From assembly GCA_051382335.1 (NCBI GenBank), contig JBBCAX010000147.1, forward strand, positions 1-37,240: 37,240 bases of DNA, given 5' to 3'. Below the pieces are notes generated by a model. It was not told the DNA's origin. It searched no databases and saw only the letters and a list, made by a program, of their open reading frames with translations. Origin of the DNA: Deltaproteobacteria bacterium TL4 (lineage in GTDB: Bacteria > SAR324 > NAC60-12). Position 1 is the stretch's first letter. Each line of letters begins with the position of its first letter. Positions 17,631-28,115 of this stretch are shown here, in pieces. A program made the position numbers and the translations under genes.

Positions 17631-19859
17631 TTAATATTGTTCCGGTTTGATCACAATCCCGCTTAAAGGGGGAAGGTCTAAGGACAATCTGTAGGGACGT
17701 CCTTGCCATTTTGTGGATTCACTAATAATTTTGCTTTGATGATTAAAGCCGCTGCCACCAAAATGGATTGCGTCTGAATCAAAAACTTTTTCATACGTTC
17801 CCTCAAAGGGAACACCAACATTATAGTAAGTACGAGAAATAGGCGTAAAATTGAAACAAAAAATTAAAGGAATTTCATTATTTTGATATTGACCCCAACG
17901 AATGAAGGAAAAAACACTGTGATCTTGGTCATGCAAGTCAATCCATTCAAAGCCGTTGGGATGAAAATCATTGGTGAAAAGCGCGGGATGATACCGATAA
18001 AACCAATTTAATTCCTTGCAAAACGTGTGAAATTGTTGATGTTCATGATACTCCAGCAAGTGCCAGTCCAAACTTCGAGCTTCAGACCATTCTCTCCATT
18101 GCCCAAGCTCGACGCCCATAAAGCACAATTTTTTGCCTGGGTGTGCCATCTGGTAGGTTAGATAAAGTCTGGCATTGGCTCGTTTACACCAATCGTCCCC
18201 CGGCGCTTTGGCCAGTAAAGAACCTTTTCCATGAACAACTTCATCATGGGACAAGGGCAACAGAAAATTTTCAGTAAAATGATACATCATGGAAAAAGTC
18301 ATCAAGTGATGTTCATATTTTCTGAACACAGGATCCAGCGAGATATATCTCAGGGTGTCATTCATCCATCCCATATTCCATTTCATATTAAAGCCTAAAC
18401 CTCCCGCATAAGTAGGATGCGTCACAGAGGGCCATGCGGTTGACTCCTCGGCTATGGATAAAATCCCGGGAAAGTCCTGAAATAAAGTGGCGTTGAGCTG
18501 TTGCAGAAAATGAATGGCATCCAGATTTTCACGCCCCCCGTATTGGTTGGGACGCCATTTCCCCTCTTTTCGATTGTAATCCAAATACAACATCGAGGCC
18601 ACAGCGTCAACCCGAATACCGTCAATATGGTAGGTATCAAACCAGAATAAAGCATTGGAAACTAAAAAATTACGGACTTCATGACGTCCGTAATTAAAAA
18701 TATGAGTTCCCCATTCCAAATGCTCCCCCTGACGGGGGTCTTCATGTTCATACAGATGAGATCCGTCAAAAAAGGCCAACCCTTGTGAATCTTTGGGGAA
18801 GTGCCCGGGAACCCAGTCCATGATCACGCCAATCCCCTCTTGATGACACCGATCCACAAAACGCATAAACTCTTTAGGGCTGCCATAGCGTGACGTAATG
18901 GCATAATATCCTGTCACCTGATATCCCCAGGACTCATCCAGAGGATGCTCCATCAAAGGGAGCAATTCGATGTGAGAAAATCCCATATCTTTGACGTAAG
19001 GGATCAACTGTTCCGTAGCTTCCTTATAGGTCAAAAATCGGTTTTCCTCCTCGGGGACTCTTTTCCAGGATCCCAGGTGCACCTCATAAATATTGATGGC
19101 TTGTGCCAAAGGATTACTTTGCTTGCGATGTTCCAGCCAAGACTGATCTTGCCAAACATACCCTTCCAAGCAGGTTACAATCGAAGCGGTTTGAGGACGG
19201 GGTTCCATGGCAAATCCATAAGGATCGGACTTTAGCAACAAATCTCCGCTAGGTGTTTTGATTTCATACTTGTAAATGCTGCCTTCATGAACCTCAGGTA
19301 TAAAAAGTTCCCAAATTCCTGACGACTCATGCCTCTGCATCGGGTGTTTTCTTCCATCCCATTGATTAAAATTGCCGACAACACTGACCCTTTGAGCATT
19401 TGGAGCCCAAACCGCGAACCAGGTTCCTTTAACGTTTTCCAAAGTCAAAGGGTGTGCCCCAAGTTTATGGTAAATGTGATGATGATTGCCTTCATGGAAT
19501 AAATAACGATCGAATTTCGAGATTTGCGGAGAAAAATAGAAGGAATCGTATTTTTGAAATTCTCTGCCATCGGTGTACGTTATTTTTAATTGATAAGGTT
19601 GCAAATCATCCTGCGGAGGCATCACCACTTCAAAAAGACCCGCGGGATCAATATTATTCATTTCAATCATTTTTGAATTAGGTTGCTTGCCCCAAAACAA
19701 AGTGATTCGCTTCGCGTCAACTTCCATCACTCTGATGACCCACTTCTTTCCTTTTTTTGGAGAAATCACTTCATGAAAACCTAATAAAGATCTTGGTGTG
19801 GGATGGTTGGCTTCTATCAGTTGCTTTATGTCATTTTTAGATAATTTTAATGGACTCAT
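17631..19859 (-). CDS. glgB: 1,4-alpha-glucan branching enzyme (GH13)
   Basis: FAVWAPNA, SWGYQ, DWVPGHF, DGIRVDAVASM, IAEES and LSHDEVVHGK. Confidence 0.97.
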   Translation of the reverse strand: MSPLKLSKNDIKQLIEANHPTPRSLLGFHEVISPKKGKKWVIRVMEVDAKRITLFWGKQPNSKMIEMNNIDPAGLFEVVMPPQDDLQPYQLKITYTDGREFQKYDSFYFSPQISKFDRYLFHEGNHHHIYHKLGAHPLTLENVKGTWFAVWAPNAQRVSVVGNFNQWDGRKHPMQRHESSGIWELFIPEVHEGSIYKYEIKTPSGDLLLKSDPYGFAMEPRPQTASIVTCLEGYVWQDQSWLEHRKQSNPLAQAINIYEVHLGSWKRVPEEENRFLTYKEATEQLIPYVKDMGFSHIELLPLMEHPLDESWGYQVTGYYAITSRYGSPKEFMRFVDRCHQEGIGVIMDWVPGHFPKDSQGLAFFDGSHLYEHEDPRQGEHLEWGTHIFNYGRHEVRNFLVSNALFWFDTYHIDGIRVDAVASMLYLDYNRKEGKWRPNQYGGRENLDAIHFLQQLNATLFQDFPGILSIAEESTAWPSVTHPTYAGGLGFNMKWNMGWMNDTLRYISLDPVFRKYEHHLMTFSMMYHFTENFLLPLSHDEVVHGKGSLLAKAPGDDWCKRANARLYLTYQMAHPGKKLCFMGVELGQWREWSEARSLDWHLLEYHEHQQFHTFCKELNWFYRYHPALFTNDFHPNGFEWIDLHDQDHSVFSFIRWGQYQNNEIPLIFCFNFTPISRTYYNVGVPFEGTYEKVFDSDAIHFGGSGFNHQSKIISESTKWQGRPYRLSLDLPPLSGIVIKPEQY

Positions 19860-20285
19860 AGGAACAATACCTCTTCAATGGATTAAAACTGAAATTTCAT
19901 ATCATACCCATAACTTTGTGTGGGAACGTTTGGATGCTTTGCATCCCCTGTGACCACAAAGCAGTCGGAGGATGAAGAATCGTTCTATAGAATTAGAATA
20001 ACGTCTACAGGACTCATTGTCGATCACTTAATTTCTAAATTATTACATTTTACTTGCATCTCCCTGCATAATTCATTAGAACCTAACGCTCTAAATTTTG
20101 CAATGGCACTAAGTGATGAGGAATTATTATTGCATTGATACACAGTTACAAATCAAAAACAAGCTTTCATCGTATGATTTAGGGTTTACAAAAGACTGGA
20201 TTTGTTCCTTTTGGAAAACGACACAAGCAAAAAAATGCCCAGCCCAACCTGATTCACATCACTACTCATTCTAATTGTCATAATA

Positions 20286-20479
20286 CTGGACTTTGAACAT
20301 TTGATTCATGGTTTTAGTTTTAATTATTCAATAATATCAGTGGTTTTATTTTATGAATGAATTAATGCAAGGTTATTATTTCCCGTTTTTCAGGCCAAAC
20401 CTATCATTAATTCTAATACGACTTTATAAGTCTCTGATTTTATTCAGGAGTAATATTGAGCAAATTGTTCAAAGTCGAG
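20286..20479. mobile_element. 194-bp MITE with imperfect IRs and 6-bp TSD (ATAATA)
   Basis: Left end CTGGACTTTGAACATTTG; right end reverse complement CTCGACTTTGAACAATTTG. ATAATA at 20280-20285 and 20480-20485. An identical copy of its left 136 bp lies at 37105-37240. Confidence 0.85.
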
Positions 20480-20512
20480 ATAATAAAAACATCGTCTTTT
20501 ATTGGAGGAAAG

Positions 20513-20899
20513 ATGGAAGACATTAAAGAAATGCTTCTTCAGGAAAAAGCAAAGATAGAAGCACAGTTAAAGAACAGTATGAAAAAAACACATTCGTTTG
20601 AACACGACATTGGCGACGCGATTGATACGTCTGTGGAAGAACAAGAGCGGGACTTTACAATTCTACTTCAAGATCGGGACAATAATAAATTAGGACTGAT
20701 CGAAGATGCACTCCAGCGTATTAAAATAGATGACTACGGCTATTGTGAGGAATGCGGTGAAGAAATATCGAAAAAACGCCTGCTTGCGGTTCCCTTTACC
20801 CGTTTTTGTGTTCCCTGTCAGCAGGAAATTGAGAAGTCTGTCGGTGGAAAGGTGATTTTGAATACCATGGGTGAATCTCAATCTTTTGGTGAGGATTGA
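20513..20899 (+). CDS. dksA: DksA/TraR-family C4 zinc-finger protein
   Basis: Coiled-coil tip GDAIDTS, then ALQRI..DDYGYCEECGEEI...RL.AVP...CVPCQ. ATG 20513 follows GGAGG; the track start at 20456 lies inside the MITE. Confidence 0.85.
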   Translation: MEDIKEMLLQEKAKIEAQLKNSMKKTHSFEHDIGDAIDTSVEEQERDFTILLQDRDNNKLGLIEDALQRIKIDDYGYCEECGEEISKKRLLAVPFTRFCVPCQQEIEKSVGGKVILNTMGESQSFGED

Positions 20900-20963
20900 T
20901 CTATTTCACGACAGCGACTCCATCACCAGGAATCAATAGTCCCCTGTAATTTAAAACCGAGCT

Positions 20964-21752
20964 GTGATTATGACGAATCTGTTGAACTACGATGCGGCAT
21001 CATTAATGTCATTTATTGTAGTTCTGATTCGGGTTGCGAGTATTGTTGGGACGGCACCCATTTTGGGGAACACGAATATCCCCCTCCAATTAAAAATAGC
21101 CCTGTCTTTTATCTTGGCACTCATTGTTCATCCCTTCATTCCCAGTATTCAGGTCTATCCTTCTCAAATGCATCACTATTTGATTCTGGTGGGTAGTGAA
21201 TTGCTCATTGGAGCGGTGCTGGGATATGTTGGCAAGTTGTTATTTGCTTCAGTAGAGTTTGCGGGAAGTCTGATTTCGGTACAAATGGGGATGGGTATGG
21301 CAAACGTGATTGATCCAACCTCTCGTCAGCAAGTTTCGTTAATTGCGCAATTTGAAAACTTCATAGCCCTGATGATTTTTCTGGCAATGGACGCTCACCA
21401 TATCATTATTCAAGCGATTGTCCAAAGTTACACCCTGGTTCCTCCTGGTTTATCGCATCTCGGTCAAGAACTCATACAGGAAATCATTCGCCTTTCAGCA
21501 GGTATTTTCATTATTGGATTCCAGTTAGGCGCACCTCTGATTACTGCGCTCTTCTTGGCAAACATCATTTTAGGGTTATTGAGCCGTTCTGTGCCCCAAA
21601 TTCAAATTTTTGTGGTAGGATTTCCCTTAACCCTCTTTTTAGGACTTGTCTTTTTAATGATCGGTACCCCCTTTTTTGTTCAAGCAGTTCGTGTGATGTT
21701 TGAAATGTTTGATAATCAGGTTTTGAACGTCTTACGTTTATTCAAACTTTAG
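20964..21752 (+). CDS. fliR: Flagellar export protein FliR
   Basis: AP-x-LG, AG-x-LI-x-xQMG, DP, and RSVPQIQIFVVGFP motifs. Confidence 0.95.
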   Translation: MIMTNLLNYDAASLMSFIVVLIRVASIVGTAPILGNTNIPLQLKIALSFILALIVHPFIPSIQVYPSQMHHYLILVGSELLIGAVLGYVGKLLFASVEFAGSLISVQMGMGMANVIDPTSRQQVSLIAQFENFIALMIFLAMDAHHIIIQAIVQSYTLVPPGLSHLGQELIQEIIRLSAGIFIIGFQLGAPLITALFLANIILGLLSRSVPQIQIFVVGFPLTLFLGLVFLMIGTPFFVQAVRVMFEMFDNQVLNVLRLFKL

Positions 21753-21790
21753 CCGCCTCAACGCGGATAAAACTAAGATGAGTCTTTATT

Positions 21791-22858
21791 ATGGCCGAAC
21801 AGAGTGGACAGGAAAAAACCGAAGCTCCCTCAGATAAAAGAAGGGATGAAACGCGGGAAGAAGGGCAGGTCGCTTATAGCCGTGAAGTGCCTTCCGCTGC
21901 GCTCTTGGCAGGGATTCTCCTTTCCTTTATCATGGTAGGACCTCAAATCTTGGAGACCTCAAAAAAATTTTTGAAGGATTATTTTATCAATCTGAACCAA
22001 CCGGATATGACGATTAATCTGCTCCACAACTATTTCAGTAGTGCCGCAAAAACCCTGCTTCCAGTCTTTCTCCCTTTCATTGGCGTCATTATGATCACAG
22101 CGATAATGGCCTCGGTTTTTCAGGTTGGTTTTAAATTGACGCCTAAGGCTCTCGCGCCAAAATTTAGCAAACTTAGCCCTCTTGGTGGCATCAAACGTTT
22201 ATTTTCGATGCAGTCCTTCGCCGATTTGTTGAAGAGTCTCTTCAAATTGGCGATTATTGGTTATATAGCTTTCACTACCTATAAAGACGAAATTCCAACA
22301 CTAACCACGCTTTCCTTGACCTCTGTCCACTCGATCATTCAATATAATTTTTCAGCCATTTCTAGAGTTTCAGGCAAAATTGTCATAGCACTCGTGGTTT
22401 TAGCCGTCTTTGACTTATTCTATCAGCGTTGGGATTTAGAGCAAAAATTAAAAATGACCAAGCAGGAGGTCAAAGAAGAGTTCAAACAATCCGAAGGAGA
22501 TCCACAACTCAAATCGCGTATTCGTCAAATTCAACGGGAAATGTCGCGTGCCCGGATGATGCAGGAAGTTCCGAAGGCCGATGCGGTGATTGTCAATCCA
22601 ACACATTACGCGGTGGCCATTCGTTACGACCGTGAATTGATGTCGGCTCCTCAGGTTACCGCAAAGGGGGTCGATTTTATGGCCTTAAGAATGAAGACCA
22701 TTGCTAAAGAAAATGAGGTTCCCATCTTGGAAAGACCGGCTCTTGCACGAGAATTGTATGGCAGTGTAGAGGTAGGACAAACCATCCCCGACGAATTTTT
22801 CAAGCTGGTTGCCGAAATCTTGGCGTATGTCTATCGTCTTAAAAAGAAAAAAAGATAA
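21791..22858 (+). CDS. flhB: Flagellar export switch protein FlhB
   Basis: EKTEAPS, KMTKQEVKEE..EGDP, NPTH autocleavage site. Confidence 0.97.
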   Translation: MAEQSGQEKTEAPSDKRRDETREEGQVAYSREVPSAALLAGILLSFIMVGPQILETSKKFLKDYFINLNQPDMTINLLHNYFSSAAKTLLPVFLPFIGVIMITAIMASVFQVGFKLTPKALAPKFSKLSPLGGIKRLFSMQSFADLLKSLFKLAIIGYIAFTTYKDEIPTLTTLSLTSVHSIIQYNFSAISRVSGKIVIALVVLAVFDLFYQRWDLEQKLKMTKQEVKEEFKQSEGDPQLKSRIRQIQREMSRARMMQEVPKADAVIVNPTHYAVAIRYDRELMSAPQVTAKGVDFMALRMKTIAKENEVPILERPALARELYGSVEVGQTIPDEFFKLVAEILAYVYRLKKKKR

Positions 22859-22894
22859 TAAGGACTTCCCTTTTTCTCAGTCCATAGGAGGCGT

Positions 22895-24979
22895 GTGGCG
22901 GCACAGAGTACATTACCCCTGGAAAAACCCAAAATAAGCTCTGACTTGCTATTGGCAGGCGGAGTGATCTCTATCCTGATGATTATGGTGATCCCGTTAC
23001 CTGAAATCATGCTGGATATGCTGTTAGCGCTCAGTATCACCATCGGAGTTTTAATTCTTTTTGTCGCGTTGTTTTCCGAAAAAGCCCTCGATTTTTCTTC
23101 ATTTCCAACCGTTCTTTTGATTTCAACACTCTTTCGCCTCTCCCTGAACGTTGCCTCAACCCGTTTGATCTTATTGAAGGGAAACCAAGGCACCGACGCG
23201 GCTGGATCGATTATTAAATCCTTTGGTGAATTTGTGATCGGTGGAAACCAGATTGTAGGGATTATTTTATTCTTAATCCTGGTGTTGATTAACTTCATTG
23301 TAATCACCAAGGGTGCGGGACGTATTGCAGAGGTTGCTGCACGTTTTACGTTGGACGCCATGCCTGGAAAACAAATGGCCATTGATGCCGATTTAAATGC
23401 CGGACTCATTGACGAAATACAAGCCAAGCGACGCAGGGAAATCGTACAGCGCGAATCCGATTTTTATGGAGCGATGGACGGAGCCAGCAAATTTGTTCGT
23501 GGAGATGCCATTGCGAGTTTAATCATCAGTTCGATCAACATCATCGGTGGGCTTTTAATTGGTATTATCCAGTTTTCCATGTCTGCGGGGGACGCCTTTG
23601 AAACTTATGCGATCTTGACTATCGGAGACGGACTCGTTTCTCAAATTCCGGCCCTGATCATTTCTGTCGCAGCGGGTATTACCGTGACCAAAGCTTCTGC
23701 GGAGAACAAGCTTTCTTATGATTTAAGAGCTCAGATTTTCAGTAACGTTCAAGCTTTGTATGTGGCCTCCATTGTCCTGCTTGTTTTTTCTGTAATCCCG
23801 GGGATGCCTTTCATTCCATTTGTGATGTTAGCCATACTCACCAGCTCCGTCGCTTATTTTGCCAATAACACCCAAAAACAAGCCGCACAGCAAAAATTAG
23901 TGGCGAGTGAGTTGGAAATTCAGCAACAAATGGATGAAGAACCTGAAGATATTGAAAGCTTGCTGCCAGTGGATATTCTGGGTCTTGAGTTAGGTTATGG
24001 CTTGATTCCGTTGGTTGATGAAGAGCAAGATGGTGAACTTTTGAAACGGATTAAAGCGATTCGCCGTCAAATTGCGATGGATTTTGGCTTTATTGTTCCA
24101 CCTCTGCATATTAAAGACAATTTAGAGTTGGCGCCAGGAGAATATTCCATCACCATCAAGGGCATTGAAGTCGCACGAAGTGAGTTAATGGTTGGACATT
24201 TTCTGGCAATGAAAACTGGAGATGTTGATGAAGAAATTTCTGGGATTGATACGGTAGAACCTGCCTTTGGACTGCCTGCGCTTTGGATCGGCGCGGAAGA
24301 CGAAGAACGTGCCCAATTTGCCGGATATACGGTTGTTGATATCCCCACTGTTTTGGCAACGCATATTACCGAAGTGATTAAAAATCAGGGCTATGAATTC
24401 ATAGGACGCCAGGAAGTTCAGCGCCTGTTGGACAACTTCGCAAAATCAGAACCTAAAGTTGTTGAGGAATTGGTACCAAACTTGCTGAGCTTAGGAGGAG
24501 TACAGAAAATATTGCAGAATCTATTGCGGGAACATATATCTATTCGTGACTTGCATTCGATCTTGGAAACTATGGCTGATATGTCAACGATGACCAAAGA
24601 CCCGGACTTACTCACAGAGTATGTCCGCCAGTCGATGGCACGTACCATCACAAGGCACTATCAAACGCCTGAGGGGGTGTTGCCTCTGATTACGATGAGT
24701 CAAGACATCGAAAATCAAATCGCCTCAGCCATTCAAGATACAGGGCATGGCACCTACTTAGGGTTGGAACCTGATACCGCGCAAGCGGTGATTAATGGTA
24801 TTGAAGCGCAAATTGAGCTCTTTACCGTTCAGAACTTTCAACCTATTCTGCTTTGTTCCCCACTGATTCGGCCCCATATGAAGAAACTGACGGAACGGTT
24901 TATTCCTAACCTCGTTGTTCTTTCGCACAATGAAGTTTCTCCAGATGTTCGGATTGAATGCCTTGGAGTTGTGGAGTAA
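22895..24979 (+). CDS. flhA: Flagellar export gate protein FlhA
   Basis: RIAEVAARFTLDAMPGKQMAIDADL, FYGAMDGASKFVRGD. Confidence 0.97.
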   Translation: MAAQSTLPLEKPKISSDLLLAGGVISILMIMVIPLPEIMLDMLLALSITIGVLILFVALFSEKALDFSSFPTVLLISTLFRLSLNVASTRLILLKGNQGTDAAGSIIKSFGEFVIGGNQIVGIILFLILVLINFIVITKGAGRIAEVAARFTLDAMPGKQMAIDADLNAGLIDEIQAKRRREIVQRESDFYGAMDGASKFVRGDAIASLIISSINIIGGLLIGIIQFSMSAGDAFETYAILTIGDGLVSQIPALIISVAAGITVTKASAENKLSYDLRAQIFSNVQALYVASIVLLVFSVIPGMPFIPFVMLAILTSSVAYFANNTQKQAAQQKLVASELEIQQQMDEEPEDIESLLPVDILGLELGYGLIPLVDEEQDGELLKRIKAIRRQIAMDFGFIVPPLHIKDNLELAPGEYSITIKGIEVARSELMVGHFLAMKTGDVDEEISGIDTVEPAFGLPALWIGAEDEERAQFAGYTVVDIPTVLATHITEVIKNQGYEFIGRQEVQRLLDNFAKSEPKVVEELVPNLLSLGGVQKILQNLLREHISIRDLHSILETMADMSTMTKDPDLLTEYVRQSMARTITRHYQTPEGVLPLITMSQDIENQIASAIQDTGHGTYLGLEPDTAQAVINGIEAQIELFTVQNFQPILLCSPLIRPHMKKLTERFIPNLVVLSHNEVSPDVRIECLGVVE

Positions 24980-25021
24980 TCCTAACGCTGCATTAATATT
25001 AATCATACACTGAATCGCACA

Positions 25022-26296
25022 ATGAACTTGAAGCGTTACCGCGTTAATAACATCCAGGAAGCACTCCAGCAGATCAAGAAAGACTTAGGGCCTGATGCGA
25101 TCATTGTCTCGACCCGTCAAGTTAAAGAAGGCAAAGGGGCTTTTGGAATGTTTGGCAAAACCATGCTGGAAGTAACAGCGGCACGGGATGATAAAAAAAG
25201 TGTTCGTCCCAAAGAACAGCCTCTCGCACCCAAACCAAACGTACCGGCCTATGGTCCAACAAATGCTCCCCCCTCCGTGATACCACCGACTCGTCCTGTC
25301 AGAAATCCTGATGATAACCGCTTGATGCTCCTGCCTCTACAACAGGAATTGCATGAGTTGAGAGAGTTAGTCCAAGGCTTGGGAAAACAGTCCCCCCTCC
25401 GGGAAAGTCAGGCGATTGCGCAACTGAAGCACGAAATTACTGAGATGAGGGCGATGCTGCAAGCCATGTCCGCCAAATCCGGCAGAATGAAAGACAGTGA
25501 TTGGCCTGAAAATTTATTGGTGTTGCATCAACAAATGACGTTCAACGGCTTGGAAGAAAAGTTTGCGACACGTTTGGTGCAGGAATGCCAAAAAAATATT
25601 CCACAGGAAGAGTTGCTGAATTTTTCCTATGTAAAAATTTTCATTGCCCGAATGTTGATGAAAATTATTAAAACCACCAATGGCATTGAAGACATTAAAT
25701 CTCGTCAAAGAATTGTGTCCCTTGTGGGACCTACCGGTGTTGGCAAAACGACGACTGTAGCCAAAATCGCGTCCGAACAAATCATCAATCATAAACGGAA
25801 GGTGGCCATGGTAACGATGGATACCTACCGTATTGGTGCTATAGAACAACTCAGAACGTATGCCAAAATCATTAATGCGCCTTTGTCTGTCGTTTCGGGA
25901 AAAGCCGAACTGGATCGAACGATTGCAGGATATGTTGACTATGATGTCATCGTCATTGATACTGGAGGGCGATCTCAAAGAGATGAAGCGCAGATGTATG
26001 AACTTCGGGAAATGTTTGATGAGCGCGGACGTATCGAAAATATACTTGTTTTAAGTGCAACCACCAAAGATAATGAGTTGAGTGAAATCACACGAAAATT
26101 TGGGGCTATTCCGCTCAGCAGTGTTATTTTTACAAAGTTGGACGAAAGTTCAACGTATGGTTGTCTCTTTAACCACTCGATTCGGTTTAAAAAACCGATT
26201 TCTTTTTTGGCGACAGGGCAAAATGTCCCCGAAGATATTGAAATTGCTTCCAAAGAAAGATTGGTGGATTTGTTATTAAATATCTCTGGTAATTAA
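25022..26296 (+). CDS. flhF: SRP-type GTPase FlhF
   Basis: LGPDAIIVS N-terminus, GPTGVGKTTT, DTYRIGA, TKLDE, GQNVPEDI. Confidence 0.95.
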   Translation: MNLKRYRVNNIQEALQQIKKDLGPDAIIVSTRQVKEGKGAFGMFGKTMLEVTAARDDKKSVRPKEQPLAPKPNVPAYGPTNAPPSVIPPTRPVRNPDDNRLMLLPLQQELHELRELVQGLGKQSPLRESQAIAQLKHEITEMRAMLQAMSAKSGRMKDSDWPENLLVLHQQMTFNGLEEKFATRLVQECQKNIPQEELLNFSYVKIFIARMLMKIIKTTNGIEDIKSRQRIVSLVGPTGVGKTTTVAKIASEQIINHKRKVAMVTMDTYRIGAIEQLRTYAKIINAPLSVVSGKAELDRTIAGYVDYDVIVIDTGGRSQRDEAQMYELREMFDERGRIENILVLSATTKDNELSEITRKFGAIPLSSVIFTKLDESSTYGCLFNHSIRFKKPISFLATGQNVPEDIEIASKERLVDLLLNISGN

Positions 26297-26455
26297 CTCA
26301 TAAGTCTTCAGTTCTCTGCGATCAGTCAACTTCACTGTTGATGAGCGATCGTGGAAACTCGGTTCAAAAAATATAGTGTGAATTTTCAATGGTTGTTTCT
26401 CAAGAGCTAACAGCGGAAAAACAATAACTCTTGAATAATTAAGGAGTCATCTAAA

Positions 26456-27343
26456 ATGGATCAAGCAAGTACACTCCGTCGTATTGTCAGTAGTGGAAAA
26501 TCTCCTAATAAACAACGTCAACATGTTCGGGTGCTGAGTATTACCAGTGGGAAGGGCGGAGTAGGAAAAACCAATATTGCTATTAATTTAGCCTGTGCTT
26601 TGGCTTCAATGGGGAGGAGCGTTTTATTATTTGACGCGGATCTGGGGCTTGCTAATGTGGATGTGTTACTCAATCTGACTCCGGAATATACGATTGAGCA
26701 TGTGTTATCAGGAGAAAAGAACATCAATGATATCATTCTTGAGGCTCCGGGAAATTTTCGTGTCTTACCCTCCAGTTCAGGGATGAGTGACCTTGCTGAA
26801 TTAAACAGGGATGAGCAGGTCAAGTTATTCAGAAAACTGGGCGAGATCGAACATACTTTGGACTATTTACTCATTGACACGGGTGCGGGGATTGCCTCCA
26901 ATGTTTTGCGCTTTAATGCGACCGCCAATGACGTTTTGTTAGTCGCAACGCCTGAACCTACCTCAATGACGGATGTCTATTCCCTCGTTAAAGTGCTGGT
27001 CACCAAGTACAATGTCCGGAAGTTTCAACTCATTGCCAATGCGGTGGACTCTCCGGCTGAAGCCCAATCAGTCTATGATCGTCTGCAAAAAGTAAGTCAT
27101 GATTTTCTCGAAACTCAATTAGGCTACGCAGGCTATATTCTAAAAGACCCGAACCTGGTTAAAGCCGTTCGTTTACAAAAGCCGCTACTGGGTGTATTTC
27201 CGAAGTCGCCTGCAAGCAAATGTTTTTATAACCTGGCAAAAAACATTGAACAATCATCAAAATTTCTGCCTCCCCTTGAATCACTTCAAAACGATTCTTT
27301 ACCATTTTGGGACCGTTTTTTGCAGTGGAAAAAAAAGAAATAA
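26456..27343 (+). CDS. flhG: MinD-like ATPase FlhG/FleN
   Basis: MDQASTLR activator helix, SGKGGVGKT, DADLGLANVD, PEPTSMTD. Confidence 0.95.
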   Translation: MDQASTLRRIVSSGKSPNKQRQHVRVLSITSGKGGVGKTNIAINLACALASMGRSVLLFDADLGLANVDVLLNLTPEYTIEHVLSGEKNINDIILEAPGNFRVLPSSSGMSDLAELNRDEQVKLFRKLGEIEHTLDYLLIDTGAGIASNVLRFNATANDVLLVATPEPTSMTDVYSLVKVLVTKYNVRKFQLIANAVDSPAEAQSVYDRLQKVSHDFLETQLGYAGYILKDPNLVKAVRLQKPLLGVFPKSPASKCFYNLAKNIEQSSKFLPPLESLQNDSLPFWDRFLQWKKKK

Positions 27344-27359
27344 ATTTGACTAATCCTTC

Positions 27360-28106
27360 ATGTTACGGAGAAGTGTGAAACCTAATCCCTATGCACAACA
27401 GGCCAAAAAAGACAAAAGAGAGGAGATGGTTCTGGAACACGCGCCATTGATTAAACGCATTGTCTCCCACATGGCTGCGCGTTTTCCACCTTCTATCGAA
27501 AAGGAAGAACTGTATCAGGCAGGGATGTTAGGACTTTTAGATGCGGTGGACAAATTTGAGCCGTCAAAAGACGTTCAGTTTAAAACGTATGCCGAGTTCA
27601 GAATACGAGGTGCCATTTTGGATGAACTCAGAGCCATGGATTGGATTCCACGATCGGTACGCAGTGCCGTTTCAACCCTTGAGGAGGCACACCATCAATT
27701 AACCGCAAAATTGCAAAGAGAACCCAGTGACCGGGAAGTCGCGAAATATTTGGATATGTCCTTGCCGGAATACCATGAGTTTTTAGCCAAAGCCAGACCT
27801 CTTTCCATCATGTCTTTTGAAGATTTTGGGGGGGGTGAAGATGCTCAGGATATCTTGGAAATCATCGCCGATCCTAATGTTGAGGACCCCTTTACGAAAT
27901 TAACACTCAGTCAATCCCGGCTTGAAGTCGCTCAGGCTATTGAAAAATTAGCAGAACAGGAACAACTGATCCTGTCCTTATACTATGAAGAAGAATTGAA
28001 CCTAAAAGAAATCGGAGAAATCCTGGGAATTACTGAATCTCGTGTTTCTCAAATTCGAACGAAGATTATTCTTAAATTAAGATCCTGGCTAAAAACTGAA
28101 GAGTAG
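27360..28106 (+). CDS. fliA: RNA polymerase sigma factor FliA (sigma28)
   Basis: FKTYAEFRIRGAILDELRAMDW, LYYEEELNLKEIG..LGITESRVSQI; position after flhF-flhG. Confidence 0.96.
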   Translation: MLRRSVKPNPYAQQAKKDKREEMVLEHAPLIKRIVSHMAARFPPSIEKEELYQAGMLGLLDAVDKFEPSKDVQFKTYAEFRIRGAILDELRAMDWIPRSVRSAVSTLEEAHHQLTAKLQREPSDREVAKYLDMSLPEYHEFLAKARPLSIMSFEDFGGGEDAQDILEIIADPNVEDPFTKLTLSQSRLEVAQAIEKLAEQEQLILSLYYEEELNLKEIGEILGITESRVSQIRTKIILKLRSWLKTEE

Positions 28107-28115
28107 AAAAGCGTT

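Noticed and set aside
20227..20241. Minus-strand sigma54-like GG-N10-GC upstream of glgB
   Set aside because: It reads TGGGCA rather than TGGCAC and lies ~370 bp from the start; too weak.
26297..26455. Imperfect hairpins between flhF and flhG as a possible ncRNA
   Set aside because: The stems are irregular, with no promoter or U-tract; cannot be supported without covariation data.
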